Below, piece after piece: positions 51,717-60,691 of a stretch of 64,000 nt of DNA. Source of the stretch: Lapillicoccus sp. GTDB lineage: Bacteria > Actinomycetota > Actinomycetes > Actinomycetales > Dermatophilaceae. Both the position numbers and the translations under genes were made by a program. Within the stretch, counting starts at the first letter, position 1, and every line of letters begins with the position of its first letter. Where the stretch lies: contig NZ_JBKJPP010000126.1 of NCBI RefSeq assembly GCF_046595215.1, positions 7,355 to 71,354 of the forward strand, read 5' to 3'. The notes under the pieces were generated by a model. That model was not told where the DNA came from. It did no database searches and worked only from the letters and a program-made list of their open reading frames with translations.

Positions 51717-51800
51717 TTGACCCGCCCCAGCCACTCCGCCACTCTGGTGCACACCACCCACTGTGTTGTGTCATACGCACCGTGTTGTGTCATACGCACC
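51717..51800 (+). promoter_or_regulatory. purU promoter with three boxes at 19-bp period, two forming a perfect tandem duplication
   Basis: TTGACC(51717)-N17-CACTCT; boxes at 51746, 51765, 51784; GTGTTGTGTCATACGCACC x2 (51763-51800). Confidence 0.75.
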
Positions 51801-51811
51801 AAGGAGACGGC

Positions 51812-52678
51812 ATGGCCCCGCGCCCGGCTTCTGGCCAGGAGTTCATCCTGACGCTGTCCTGCCCGGACACCCCCGGCCTCGTCTACGCCGTGAGCAGCTT
51901 CCTTGTCCAGCAGTCCGCCAACATCCGGCAGAGCCAGCAGTTCGACGACCCGCTGACCAGCCGGTTCTTCATGCGGGTGCAGTTCAGCCTCTCCGGCGGG
52001 GACCACGAGCGCCTGGGCGAGGCCTTCGCCCGGGTCGCCGACGCGTTCCAGATGGAGTGGCAGCTCGACGACGCCGCGACGCCCACCCGGGTGCTGCTGC
52101 TGGTCTCCCGGTTCGGCCACTGCCTCAACGACCTGCTCTTCCGGGCCAGCATCGGCGCCCTCAACGTCGAGGTCGCGGGCGTCATGTCCAACCACCGCGA
52201 CTTCGAGGCCCTGACCGAGGCCCACGGCGTGCCGTTCCACCACGTGCCCGTGACGGCGGAGACCAAGGGCGAGTCCGAACGCCGTCTCCTCGAGCTGGTC
52301 GACGTGCTGTCCGTTGACCTCGTCGTCCTCGCGCGCTACATGCAGGTGCTGTCCAACGACCTCTGTCACAAGCTCGAGGGTCGGGCGATCAACATCCACC
52401 ACTCGTTCCTGCCGAGCTTCAAGGGCGCCAAGCCGTACCACCAGGCCCACGCCCGTGGCGTCAAGCTGATCGGGGCGACGGCACACTACGTGACGCCGGA
52501 CCTCGACGAGGGCCCGATCATCGAGCAGGACGTGGCCCGGTGCGAGCACTCCCTCTCCCCCGACGAGATGGTCGCTGCCGGGCGCGACGTCGAGGTCCAG
52601 GTCCTGGCCCGCGCACTGACCTGGCACACCGAGCGACGCGTGCTGCTCGACAACAACAGGACCATCATCTTCCGCTGA
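51812..52678 (+). CDS. purU: Formyltetrahydrofolate deformylase
   Basis: ACT domain LSCPDTPG, HCLNDLL, VLARYMQVLS, INIHHSFLPSFKGAKPYHQA, LDEGPIIEQD. Confidence 0.96.
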   Translation: MAPRPASGQEFILTLSCPDTPGLVYAVSSFLVQQSANIRQSQQFDDPLTSRFFMRVQFSLSGGDHERLGEAFARVADAFQMEWQLDDAATPTRVLLLVSRFGHCLNDLLFRASIGALNVEVAGVMSNHRDFEALTEAHGVPFHHVPVTAETKGESERRLLELVDVLSVDLVVLARYMQVLSNDLCHKLEGRAINIHHSFLPSFKGAKPYHQAHARGVKLIGATAHYVTPDLDEGPIIEQDVARCEHSLSPDEMVAAGRDVEVQVLARALTWHTERRVLLDNNRTIIFR

Positions 52679-52771
52679 GACCGGGCCCTGAGACGGCTCC
52701 TGAGCGGCCGCTGAGGCCGCCCTCGGGCCCGTGGCGACGATCGGTCCCGAGCCTCTGGTAGACCTTCCGTC

Positions 52772-53620
52772 ATGACCTCCGAGTTCGATCTGGCCATGGA
52801 CCTGGCGCCCCGGACGGCGGGCGCAGGCTGCGCGTCATTCACCGGCCGCTTCACGCACGAGTGGATGATCGGCAACGCCGTCAACGGCGGTGTCGTCATG
52901 TCGCTGGCCACGACGGCCCTGCAGCGCCAGCTCGCCGGATCAGGCGGCCACCAGGACCTGCTCGCCTTCAGCGGCTACTTCCTCACCCCGTCGGCCCCGG
53001 GAGAGGTCGTCGTCGAGACCACAGTGCTGCGCAGCGGGCGCACCCTCTCGACCGGCCAGATGTCGGTGAGCCAGACGGGACCCGACGCCCAGCCCGTCGA
53101 ACGGTTGCGTGCGCTCGCCAGCTTCGGCGATCTCGACGCGTCCGCCGAGGTCCTGCGGTCGGCCGCACCGCCCCTGATGGCTCCGCCGGAGCAGTGCCTC
53201 GCCACCGAGCAGCTGCCCCCGTCGTTCCTCAACGCCACGTCCCTGCTCGAGCGTCTCGACCTGCGCATCGACCCGGCTACGGCCGGCTGGGCCAGCGGGA
53301 AGCCGTCGGGCAAGGGCGAGATGCGCGGCTGGCTCCGGCTGAGGGATGGGCGCGCGCCCGACCCGACCGTGCTCCTCTTCGCCCTCGACGCCCTGCCACC
53401 GGTGGCATTCGACCTCGGCATCCTCGGGTGGGCACCCACCCTCGAGTTCACCGGGCACGTGCGGGGCCGGCCTGCGTCGGGGTGGCTCCAGGTGGCGCTC
53501 ACGAGCGAGAACCTCACCCGGGGTCTGATGGAGGAGGACGCCCGGATCTGGGACAGCACCGGTCGGCTCGTCGCACAGTCACGGCAGCTCTGCGGCGTCC
53601 GGATCCCCGCCACCTCATAG
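52772..53620 (+). CDS. Double hot-dog (TesB-like) acyl-CoA thioesterase family protein
   Basis: WMIGNAVNGG, RSGRTLS, LDALPP, GWAPTLEFT, EEDARIWDSTGRLVAQSRQL. Confidence 0.82.
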   Translation: MTSEFDLAMDLAPRTAGAGCASFTGRFTHEWMIGNAVNGGVVMSLATTALQRQLAGSGGHQDLLAFSGYFLTPSAPGEVVVETTVLRSGRTLSTGQMSVSQTGPDAQPVERLRALASFGDLDASAEVLRSAAPPLMAPPEQCLATEQLPPSFLNATSLLERLDLRIDPATAGWASGKPSGKGEMRGWLRLRDGRAPDPTVLLFALDALPPVAFDLGILGWAPTLEFTGHVRGRPASGWLQVALTSENLTRGLMEEDARIWDSTGRLVAQSRQLCGVRIPATS

Positions 53621-53729
53621 CCGCCCGGCGGACCTCATTGCGAGTGAGGGGACCAAGGACCCGGGGACCTTCTCCCGCAGTGCCTAGGGTGGGCTCGACA
53701 CGAGGATCCGTGAGCGGGAGGACATCGTC

Positions 53730-53984
53730 ATGACGAGGCAGCGCTGGGCCGACCTGACGGGCCCTCGACGGGGCGTGCTCATTGCGGCCACCGTGGCCCA
53801 GGTGGGTCTCCAGGGAGCGACCCTCTGGGACCTGCACCGGCGCCCCGCCGACTTCGTCCGCGGTCCCAAGGCGATGTGGGCGGCCCTGTCATTCGTCAAC
53901 TTCGCGGGTCCGTTGGCCTACGCCGTCCTCGGTCGACAGGGTGATCCCGCGTGCATCGAGCCGATCCTCTACGACCTCTCCTGA
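53730..53984 (+). CDS. Small membrane protein, PLD N-terminal-like
   Basis: LWDLHRRP..VRGPKAMWAALSFVNFAGPLAYAVLGR. Confidence 0.7.
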   Translation: MTRQRWADLTGPRRGVLIAATVAQVGLQGATLWDLHRRPADFVRGPKAMWAALSFVNFAGPLAYAVLGRQGDPACIEPILYDLS

Positions 53985-54075
53985 CCCGGTGGCGGCCCGG
54001 CAGCGGTCCCCCGGCAGCCCGGCATACCCCGTCGTGGTCGGCCACTGCGGTGATCGCAACTAGGATCTTGGACCC

Positions 54076-55161
54076 GTGGCCCTCAGCATCGGAATCGTCG
54101 GACTGCCCAACGTCGGCAAGTCCACCCTCTTCAACGCCCTGACCAAGAACAATGTCCTCGCGGCGAACTATCCGTTCGCGACGATCGAGCCCAACATCGG
54201 GGTCGTCGCGCTGCCGGACAGCCGGCTCGCGACGCTCTCCGAGATCTTCGCCAGCGAGAAGATCCTCCCGGCGACGGTGTCATTCGTCGACATCGCGGGG
54301 ATCGTCCGCGGCGCGTCGGTGGGGGAGGGGCTCGGCAACAAGTTCCTCGCCACGATCCGCGAGGCCGACGCGATCTGCCAGGTGATCCGGGCCTTCGAGG
54401 ACGACGACGTCGTGCACGTCGATGGCAAGGTCTCGCCGGAGAGCGACATCGAGACGATCAACACCGAGCTGTGCCTGGCTGATCTGCAGACCCTCGAAAG
54501 GGCGATCCCAAGGCTGGAGAAGGACGCTCGCGTCCAGAAGGACAAGAAGGCCGCCCTCGACAATGCCCTGGCCGCGCAGCAGGTCCTCGAGGCCGGCGAC
54601 ACCCTGTATGCCGCGGGCGCGGCGGCAGGTGTCGATCTGGACCAGGCGCGCGGGCTGGGCCTGCTGACGACCAAGCCCTTCATCTACGTCTTCAACCTCG
54701 ACGAGGACCAGCTGACCGACGCGGCCCTCAAGACCCGGTTGACCGAGCTCGTGGCCCCCGCCGACTGTGTCTTCCTGGACGCCAAGCTCGAGATGGACCT
54801 CGCCGAGCTCGACGCCGACGAGGCGCTCGAGCTGCTCCAGTCGGTCGGCGCGGAGGAGTCGGGGATGGACCAGCTGGCCCGGGTCGGGTTCCACACCCTG
54901 GGGCTGCAGACCTACCTCACCGCCGGGCCCAAGGAGACGCGCGCCTGGACGATCGGCAAGGGGTGGACCGCGCCGATGGCGGCGGGTGTCATCCACACCG
55001 ACTTCCAGCGCGGCTTCATCAAGGCCGAGGTCGTCTCGTTCGACGACCTGGTCGCAGCCGGGTCGATGAGCGCGGCGAAGGCGGCCGGCAGGGTGCGCAT
55101 CGAGGGCAAGGACTATGTGATGTCCGACGGCGACGTGGTCGAATTCCGCTTCAACGTGTGA
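54076..55161 (+). CDS. ychF: Obg-family ATPase YchF
   Basis: GIVGLPNVGKSTLFNALT, NYPFATIEPN, VDIAGIV, GLGNKFL, IHTDFQRGFIKAE, DGDVVEFRFNV. Confidence 0.97.
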   Translation: MALSIGIVGLPNVGKSTLFNALTKNNVLAANYPFATIEPNIGVVALPDSRLATLSEIFASEKILPATVSFVDIAGIVRGASVGEGLGNKFLATIREADAICQVIRAFEDDDVVHVDGKVSPESDIETINTELCLADLQTLERAIPRLEKDARVQKDKKAALDNALAAQQVLEAGDTLYAAGAAAGVDLDQARGLGLLTTKPFIYVFNLDEDQLTDAALKTRLTELVAPADCVFLDAKLEMDLAELDADEALELLQSVGAEESGMDQLARVGFHTLGLQTYLTAGPKETRAWTIGKGWTAPMAAGVIHTDFQRGFIKAEVVSFDDLVAAGSMSAAKAAGRVRIEGKDYVMSDGDVVEFRFNV

Positions 55162-55402
55162 CGTGGGCGTGTGCCCGCAGGTCAAAGACCTGTGGTTCGT
55201 GGGGTGGCGCGGTATTGGCTCGCCGTTTCGAACATCAGACAGGCGGTCGCCTCCCGTGTTCGGTCCTCCGCGTTCGGTGATCAGGTGTTGAGGCAAAGTA
55301 GTGCCGAAGGTGGCAGAGCCCCGGCAGAGTGACGGCGTTGGATGCAGCCGATGAACTGTGGCTGGCGAACGGAGGGTGCCGCCAGCTCGGGGACACCGAA
55401 AA

Positions 55403-55425
55403 GCCCGGCCCCACCGGGGCCGGGC
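55403..55425 (-). terminator. Intrinsic terminator oriented for a minus-strand transcript
   Basis: 10-bp stem GCCCGGCCCC/GGGGCCGGGC with AAAA at 55399-55402 (U-tract on minus strand). Confidence 0.65.
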
Positions 55426-55661
55426 GCTGTGACGGTTAACGTACCTCAACGGGCCAGCCGTCCAAGTTTTCGATGCACCCTTTGACGTGGGGCTGCGATC
55501 CAACTTTCCCACTCGTCAACAAGGAGGCGGATCCCTTTGGCCTGATACCGGCCCAAAGGGACCATGTGGCATGGCCCGAACGGTTGACCCGTTCGCCTGC
55601 GCGTCGGCCGTCGACGGACCTATGGTCAGGGTTCCCCGAGCCGAGATCTGTCAGGTCCACC

Positions 55662-56672
55662 ATGCCGCCGCCCACCCGCCGCACCACGGTCATCACCGCC
55701 CTGGTGGCCGTGGTCGTGATCGGTCTTCCCATGGGCAGCTGGGCGACCACCCGGATCCACCAAGAGCCGGCTCCCTCTCGCACCAGCGCCTCCTCGCCGC
55801 CACCGCCCACGGCCCCATTGCCTACGGCCCCATCACCCTCAGCCTCCGGGGCGGCCCTCGCGGCGCTGGCCCTACTCGAGGTCAAGGGCCGGGCGCCCCG
55901 GACCGGATACACCCGTGACGCCTTCGGGCAGGCCTGGCTCGACGTCGATCGCAACGGCTGCGACACCCGCAACGACGTCCTGCGGCGTGACCTCGTCGAC
56001 CTCATCCTCAAGGCAGGCACCAACGGGTGCCTCGTCCTCCGCGGGACGCTCCATGACCCCTACACCGGCGCCACCATCGCGTTCCTGCGCGGCCCGACGA
56101 GCTCGACGGCCGTCCAGATCGACCACGTGGTCGCGCTCGCCGACGCCTGGCAGAAGGGCGCTCAGCAGTGGACGCCCCAACAGCGCGCCGCCTTCGCCAA
56201 CGACCCTCTCAACCTCCTCGCCGTCGACGGCCCGGCCAACCTGCGCAAGGGCGACGGTGACGCGGCGACCTGGCTGCCGCCCGCCACGGCATACCGGTGC
56301 TCGTATGCCGCACGGCAGGTGGCCGTGAAGGCCACTCACCGGCTGTGGGTCACTGCGCCCGAGCGCGACGCTTTGGCGCGCCTGCTCGGCAGCTGCCCGG
56401 GGGAGCCGCTGCCGACCGCAGGGGCGTTCGTCCTCGGCGGTGGCTCCGAGGCGGCGGTCGACCCGCCGGCAGCGTCGGGTCCGACGACGACCTCGGCGCC
56501 GCCATCGAGCGCTCCAGTGCCCCTGATGCCCAAGCCGGCCAGTGGCGACGACCCCCGGTTCGCCACCTGCAGGGCCGCGAAGGCAGGGGGTTTCGGTCCG
56601 TATCGGCAGGGCAGCGACCCGGAGTACGGCTGGTACCGGGACGCCGACCGCGACGGCATCGTGTGCGAGTAG
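55662..56672 (+). CDS. Exported HNH-type (DUF1524-like) nuclease with C-terminal Excalibur Ca-binding domain
   Basis: N-terminal TM; NGCDTRNDVL, QIDHVVAL, FANDPLNLLAV; FATCRAAKAGG..YGWYRDADRDGIVCE. Confidence 0.82.
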   Translation: MPPPTRRTTVITALVAVVVIGLPMGSWATTRIHQEPAPSRTSASSPPPPTAPLPTAPSPSASGAALAALALLEVKGRAPRTGYTRDAFGQAWLDVDRNGCDTRNDVLRRDLVDLILKAGTNGCLVLRGTLHDPYTGATIAFLRGPTSSTAVQIDHVVALADAWQKGAQQWTPQQRAAFANDPLNLLAVDGPANLRKGDGDAATWLPPATAYRCSYAARQVAVKATHRLWVTAPERDALARLLGSCPGEPLPTAGAFVLGGGSEAAVDPPAASGPTTTSAPPSSAPVPLMPKPASGDDPRFATCRAAKAGGFGPYRQGSDPEYGWYRDADRDGIVCE

Positions 56673-56761
56673 GTCCGGACCACACTGCTGCGCAGGAAAT
56701 CGGTGCTAGAACGGCGGGGACACGGGCTCTTCGTTGCCCACATCCCCCGAAGGAGCGCGAG

Positions 56762-57820
56762 ATGAGCGGTTCCGACTTCAGCTGCAGCATGGTCAGCACG
56801 CCCCGTCTGGCCATGAACGTCTGGACATCCGGCCCCGACGACGGGCGGCCCGTCCTGCTCGTCCACGGCAACCTGGTCACCGGTGGCTTCTGGAGGTACG
56901 TTGCCGAGCTGCTCCCCGACGACGTCCGCGTCATTGCTCCGGACCTGCGGGGCTTCGGCCGCACCGAGGCCAAGCCGATCGACTCGACCAGAGGTCTCGG
57001 CGACATGGTCGACGACGTGCACGGGCTCCTCCAGGTCCTCGGCCTCACGAGGCGCGAGGACCTCGTCGCCTCGGGATGGTCGATGGGCGGCGGAGTCCTC
57101 GAGCAGTACGTCCTGGACCACCCGGGAGACCTCGCGAGCATCGTCCTCGTCGCGCCGCTGTCGCCGTACGGCTTCGGCGGGACGAAAGGTCCTGACGGCG
57201 AGGCGTGTTCGGACGACTTCGCCGGGACCGGCGGGGGAGGCGCGGCGCCGGCGTTCGTCCAGCGACTCCGCGACAAGGACACGTCGGCCGACGACCCGAG
57301 CAGCAGCCCGCGCGTCATCCTCCGGACCTTCTTCGGGGCCGGCGCCAACGTGGCGAACGTCGACGAGGACTTCCTCGTCGACGAGTTCCTGCGGACCGTC
57401 GTCGGCGACGACTTCTACCCCGGCACGACGACGAGCTCGGCGAACTGGCCGAGCATCGCCCCGGGCGACCGTGGAGTTCTCAATGCCATGTCTCCCAAGC
57501 ATTTCGATGCCTCGGGCATCGTCGACGTCGATGACAAACCAGCGATCACCTGGCTCCGTGCGGGCAAGGACCAGGTGATCTCCGACACGTCGATGTTCGA
57601 CTTCGGCACCCTCGGCAGGCTCGGCGCCGTGCCCGGCTGGCCGGGCGACGACGTCCTGCCGCCGCAACCGATGAACGTCCAGATCCGCGCGGTGCTCGAC
57701 CGGTATGCCGCGAACGGAGGAACAGTGTGCGAGGTCGGCCTCGAGGACATCGCCCACGGCATCCCGCTCGAGGCTCCGCAGGCTGTTGCCGACGCGATCG
57801 TGGCGCAGCTGGGTCGCTGA
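56762..57820 (+). CDS. Alpha/beta hydrolase
   Basis: [21 protein letters not shown] nucleophile elbow, terminal His in IAHG. Confidence 0.85.
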   Translation: MSGSDFSCSMVSTPRLAMNVWTSGPDDGRPVLLVHGNLVTGGFWRYVAELLPDDVRVIAPDLRGFGRTEAKPIDSTRGLGDMVDDVHGLLQVLGLTRREDLVASGWSMGGGVLEQYVLDHPGDLASIVLVAPLSPYGFGGTKGPDGEACSDDFAGTGGGGAAPAFVQRLRDKDTSADDPSSSPRVILRTFFGAGANVANVDEDFLVDEFLRTVVGDDFYPGTTTSSANWPSIAPGDRGVLNAMSPKHFDASGIVDVDDKPAITWLRAGKDQVISDTSMFDFGTLGRLGAVPGWPGDDVLPPQPMNVQIRAVLDRYAANGGTVCEVGLEDIAHGIPLEAPQAVADAIVAQLGR

Positions 57821-57848
57821 CCCGGCTGACCCGGCTGACCCGGCTGAC
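57816..57848 (+). repeat. (GCTGACCCG)x3.7 starting at the hydrolase stop codon
   Basis: Seen directly. Confidence 0.8.
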
Positions 57849-57893
57849 GGGACAAGCGTCTCACCACGTGGCCCACCGCCTAGCATGGGCGAG

Positions 57894-58958
57894 GTGTCTC
57901 AGGAGCCCGTCACCCCCCCAACCCTCGTCGGCCGCTCGTTCGTGCGGGAGCTCGACTTCACCCCACAGGAGTGGCGCCACCTCGTCGACCTCACGCGCGA
58001 GCTCAAGACGGCCCGGCGTGAGCGGCGCGAGGAGCAGCACCTCGTGGGGCGCACCATCGCGCTGATCTTCGAGAAGACCTCGACGCGCACCCGCTGCGCG
58101 TTCGAGGTGGCCGCCTATGACCAGGGTGCCCATGTCACCTACCTCGAGCCGACCGGCAGCCAGATCGGGCACAAGGAGTCGATCAAGGACACGGCGCGGG
58201 TGCTCGGCCGGTTCTATGACGGGATCGAGTACCGCGGTGACGCGCACTCCACCGTCGAGACCCTGGCGCAGTATGCCGGGGTGCCGGTCTTCAACGGCCT
58301 CACCGACGACTGGCACCCGACCCAGGCCCTCTGCGACGCCGTGACGATGCTCGAGCACTCGCCGAAGCCGGCCGCGGAGATCTCCTACGCCTACGTCGGC
58401 GACGCGCGCTTCAACATGGGCAACTCACTGCTCGCGCTCGGCGCACTGATGGGGATGGACGTGCGCATCGTGGCACCCCGGCCACTCTGGCCGCGCGAGG
58501 ACGTGGTCGCCGCCGCACAGGAGGTGGCGGCCGTCACAGGTGCGCGGCTCACGGTCACCGACGACCTCGCGAGCGGGGTGGCGGGCGTCGACTTCGTGCA
58601 CACCGACGTGTGGGTCTCGATGGGCGAGCCCAAGGAGGTCTGGGCGGCGCGGATCGCGCAGCTGCTGCCCTATCAGGTCAACGCCGCTCTCCTCGCCCTG
58701 ACCGGGAACCCCGATGTGAAGTTCATGCACTGCCTCCCGGCCTACCACGACCTCGGGACCCAGATCGGGCGCGACGTGCACGCGGCACACGGTCTGGCGG
58801 CCCTCGAGGTCACCGACGAGGTCTTCGAGTCGGCCGCGTCGATCGTCTTCGACCAGGCCGAGAACCGGATGCACACCATCAAGGCCGTGCTCGTGGCGAC
58901 CCTGGCGGGCTCGGGCTCCGGCTCTGGGCCGGGGGAGACGCGGCGCGCCGACGACTGA
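57894..58958 (+). CDS. argF: Ornithine carbamoyltransferase
   Basis: [42 protein letters not shown]; start may be ATG 57885. Confidence 0.93.
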   Translation: MSQEPVTPPTLVGRSFVRELDFTPQEWRHLVDLTRELKTARRERREEQHLVGRTIALIFEKTSTRTRCAFEVAAYDQGAHVTYLEPTGSQIGHKESIKDTARVLGRFYDGIEYRGDAHSTVETLAQYAGVPVFNGLTDDWHPTQALCDAVTMLEHSPKPAAEISYAYVGDARFNMGNSLLALGALMGMDVRIVAPRPLWPREDVVAAAQEVAAVTGARLTVTDDLASGVAGVDFVHTDVWVSMGEPKEVWAARIAQLLPYQVNAALLALTGNPDVKFMHCLPAYHDLGTQIGRDVHAAHGLAALEVTDEVFESAASIVFDQAENRMHTIKAVLVATLAGSGSGSGPGETRRADD

Positions 58959-59874
58959 TCCGCCCCCACGCGGCGCGCTGGATCAGCAGCGTGACGACGC
59001 CCGAGATCGTCATGCCGGCGATGTTGACGAGCAGCTGCAGGCCTGAGCCCTGGATCTCCTGCGGCACCCACACGGCCAGGGCCAGCGCGAGGTTGCCCGC
59101 TGCGGGGACGGTCGTGACGGAGATGAAGACACCGACCAGGGCCGAGGACTTGCCCGTCGTCATCGACAGGACACCCGCCATACCCGCGAGCAGCGCGACG
59201 ACGAACGACCAGCGGTCGGGGTGCCAGATGAACCCGGTCATCGGGCGGTCCTGCGCCACCATCTCCGTGGTGACCCAGCCGGCCGCACGGGCCACGACTG
59301 CCAGCAGCCCGACGACGAGGATGGACAGGGCAAAGGTCCACACCAGGACGAACGCCGAGCGCCTGACGATCTCCCAGCGGCGCAGCACGATCCCGATGCA
59401 GATCGCCGCCACGAGGCTGAACTCCGGCCCGACGACCATCGCACCGATGACGAGGACCACGGAGTCGGTGACGACCGCGATCGACGCGAGCGCGACCGCG
59501 AGGCAGAGGAACACGTGGAAGGAGATGGACGGCCTGGCCGCCTCCCAGGCCTGCTCCTCGACGACGTGCCAGATGACGCCGTCGTCCGGGCTGCCGGGCG
59601 CGGCCCGCTCCGCCGCGCGGGCGGCCCGGGAGGGCGCGGCGTCGAGCTGACTGACGCTGATGGCACCGCGCTCGCCGATGCCGATGTCGGCGAGCGAAGA
59701 GAGCACCTCGGCCGCGCCCTCCCGGGCCACGTCGGCGAAGATCGCGTGCCCCTGCGGCTCGACCGCACCATCGCGGATGATGACGAGGTTGCAGACCCGG
59801 GGGTCCCCCCGCAGCAGGCGCTCGGTCACCTCGGTGAGGTCCGGTGGGACGGCGAGGCGCAGGGTGACGAGCAC
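58879..59874 (-). CDS. DUF389-like membrane protein
   Basis: [34 protein letters not shown]. Confidence 0.8.
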   Translation of the reverse strand: MLVTLRLAVPPDLTEVTERLLRGDPRVCNLVIIRDGAVEPQGHAIFADVAREGAAEVLSSLADIGIGERGAISVSQLDAAPSRAARAAERAAPGSPDDGVIWHVVEEQAWEAARPSISFHVFLCLAVALASIAVVTDSVVLVIGAMVVGPEFSLVAAICIGIVLRRWEIVRRSAFVLVWTFALSILVVGLLAVVARAAGWVTTEMVAQDRPMTGFIWHPDRWSFVVALLAGMAGVLSMTTGKSSALVGVFISVTTVPAAGNLALALAVWVPQEIQGSGLQLLVNIAGMTISGVVTLLIQRAAWGRISRRRAASPPAQSRSPSPPGSPRARP

Positions 59875-59971
59875 GGGACGACGCTACCCGGGCCGCGCCC
59901 CGGCTGGAGTGAGGTGCGGGTGCGGCGCGGGTTGGCGAACGCGTGGGAGGCGGGGGTGGACCGTCCCGATG

Positions 59972-60691
59972 TCAGAGGGCGAGGCCGACGAGGGATCCGA
60001 TGCCGTAGGTGACGGCCATCGCCAGCGTCCCACCGATGACGTTGCGTGCCACCTGCCGGCCCGGGCCCATCCCGCCGAGGCGCGCGCTGATCACGCCGGT
60101 GAGGACCAGCGCGAAGATGACGGCGGCGCCGATGACCGGCACGTGCCAGTTGGGCGAGGAGATCAGGACGGCGAGCAGCGGCAGCAGGGCGCCGACGAAG
60201 AACGCCAGCGCCGATGCACCTGCCGCGTGCCACGGGCTGGTGAGGTTGTCCGGGTCGATCTGCAGCTCGACCTCCGCGTGCGCGCCCAGGGCGTCGTGCG
60301 CGGTGAGCTGCACGGCGACCTGGTGGGCCAGATCGGCGTCGAGGCCCTTGCCCGCGTAGATCGAGGTGAGCTCGCTCAGCTCCTCGTCGGGGGTCTCGGC
60401 CAGCTCGCGGCGCTCCTTCTCCAACAGGGCCTTCTCGGTGTCGCGCTGGGTGCTGACGGAGACGTACTCACCGACGCCCATGCTCAGGGCCCCCGCGACG
60501 AGCGCCGCGATGCCGGCGGTGAGGATCGGGGCCCGGGCGGTCGTGGCGCCCGCGACCCCGACGATGACGCCGGCCGTCGAGACGATGCCGTCATTGGCTC
60601 CGAGCACCGCGGCGCGCAGCCAGTTGAGCCGGGTGGTCGAGCCGCCATGGGGTTCGTCGTGGCTGGTCATCACGGTCCTCTCGATGGTCAT
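59972..60691 (-). CDS. VIT1/CCC1-family Fe/Mn transporter
   Basis: LNWLRAAVLGANDGIVS, AGALSMGVGEYVS, VTYGIGSLVG. Confidence 0.9.
   Translation of the reverse strand: MTIERTVMTSHDEPHGGSTTRLNWLRAAVLGANDGIVSTAGVIVGVAGATTARAPILTAGIAALVAGALSMGVGEYVSVSTQRDTEKALLEKERRELAETPDEELSELTSIYAGKGLDADLAHQVAVQLTAHDALGAHAEVELQIDPDNLTSPWHAAGASALAFFVGALLPLLAVLISSPNWHVPVIGAAVIFALVLTGVISARLGGMGPGRQVARNVIGGTLAMAVTYGIGSLVGLAL

Noticed and set aside
51763-51800. CRISPR-like direct repeats
   Set aside because: Adjacent copies with no spacer and no cas genes; better explained as operator duplication
52675-52715. Periodic CTGAG copies after purU
   Set aside because: Irregular spacing (13, 12, 11) and too short to be significant
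55228-55243. LexA/SOS box
   Set aside because: Only the TCGAAC half-site is present; the GTTCGA half is absent
57894-58958. Arginine deiminase operon
   Set aside because: No arcA, arcC or arcD adjacent
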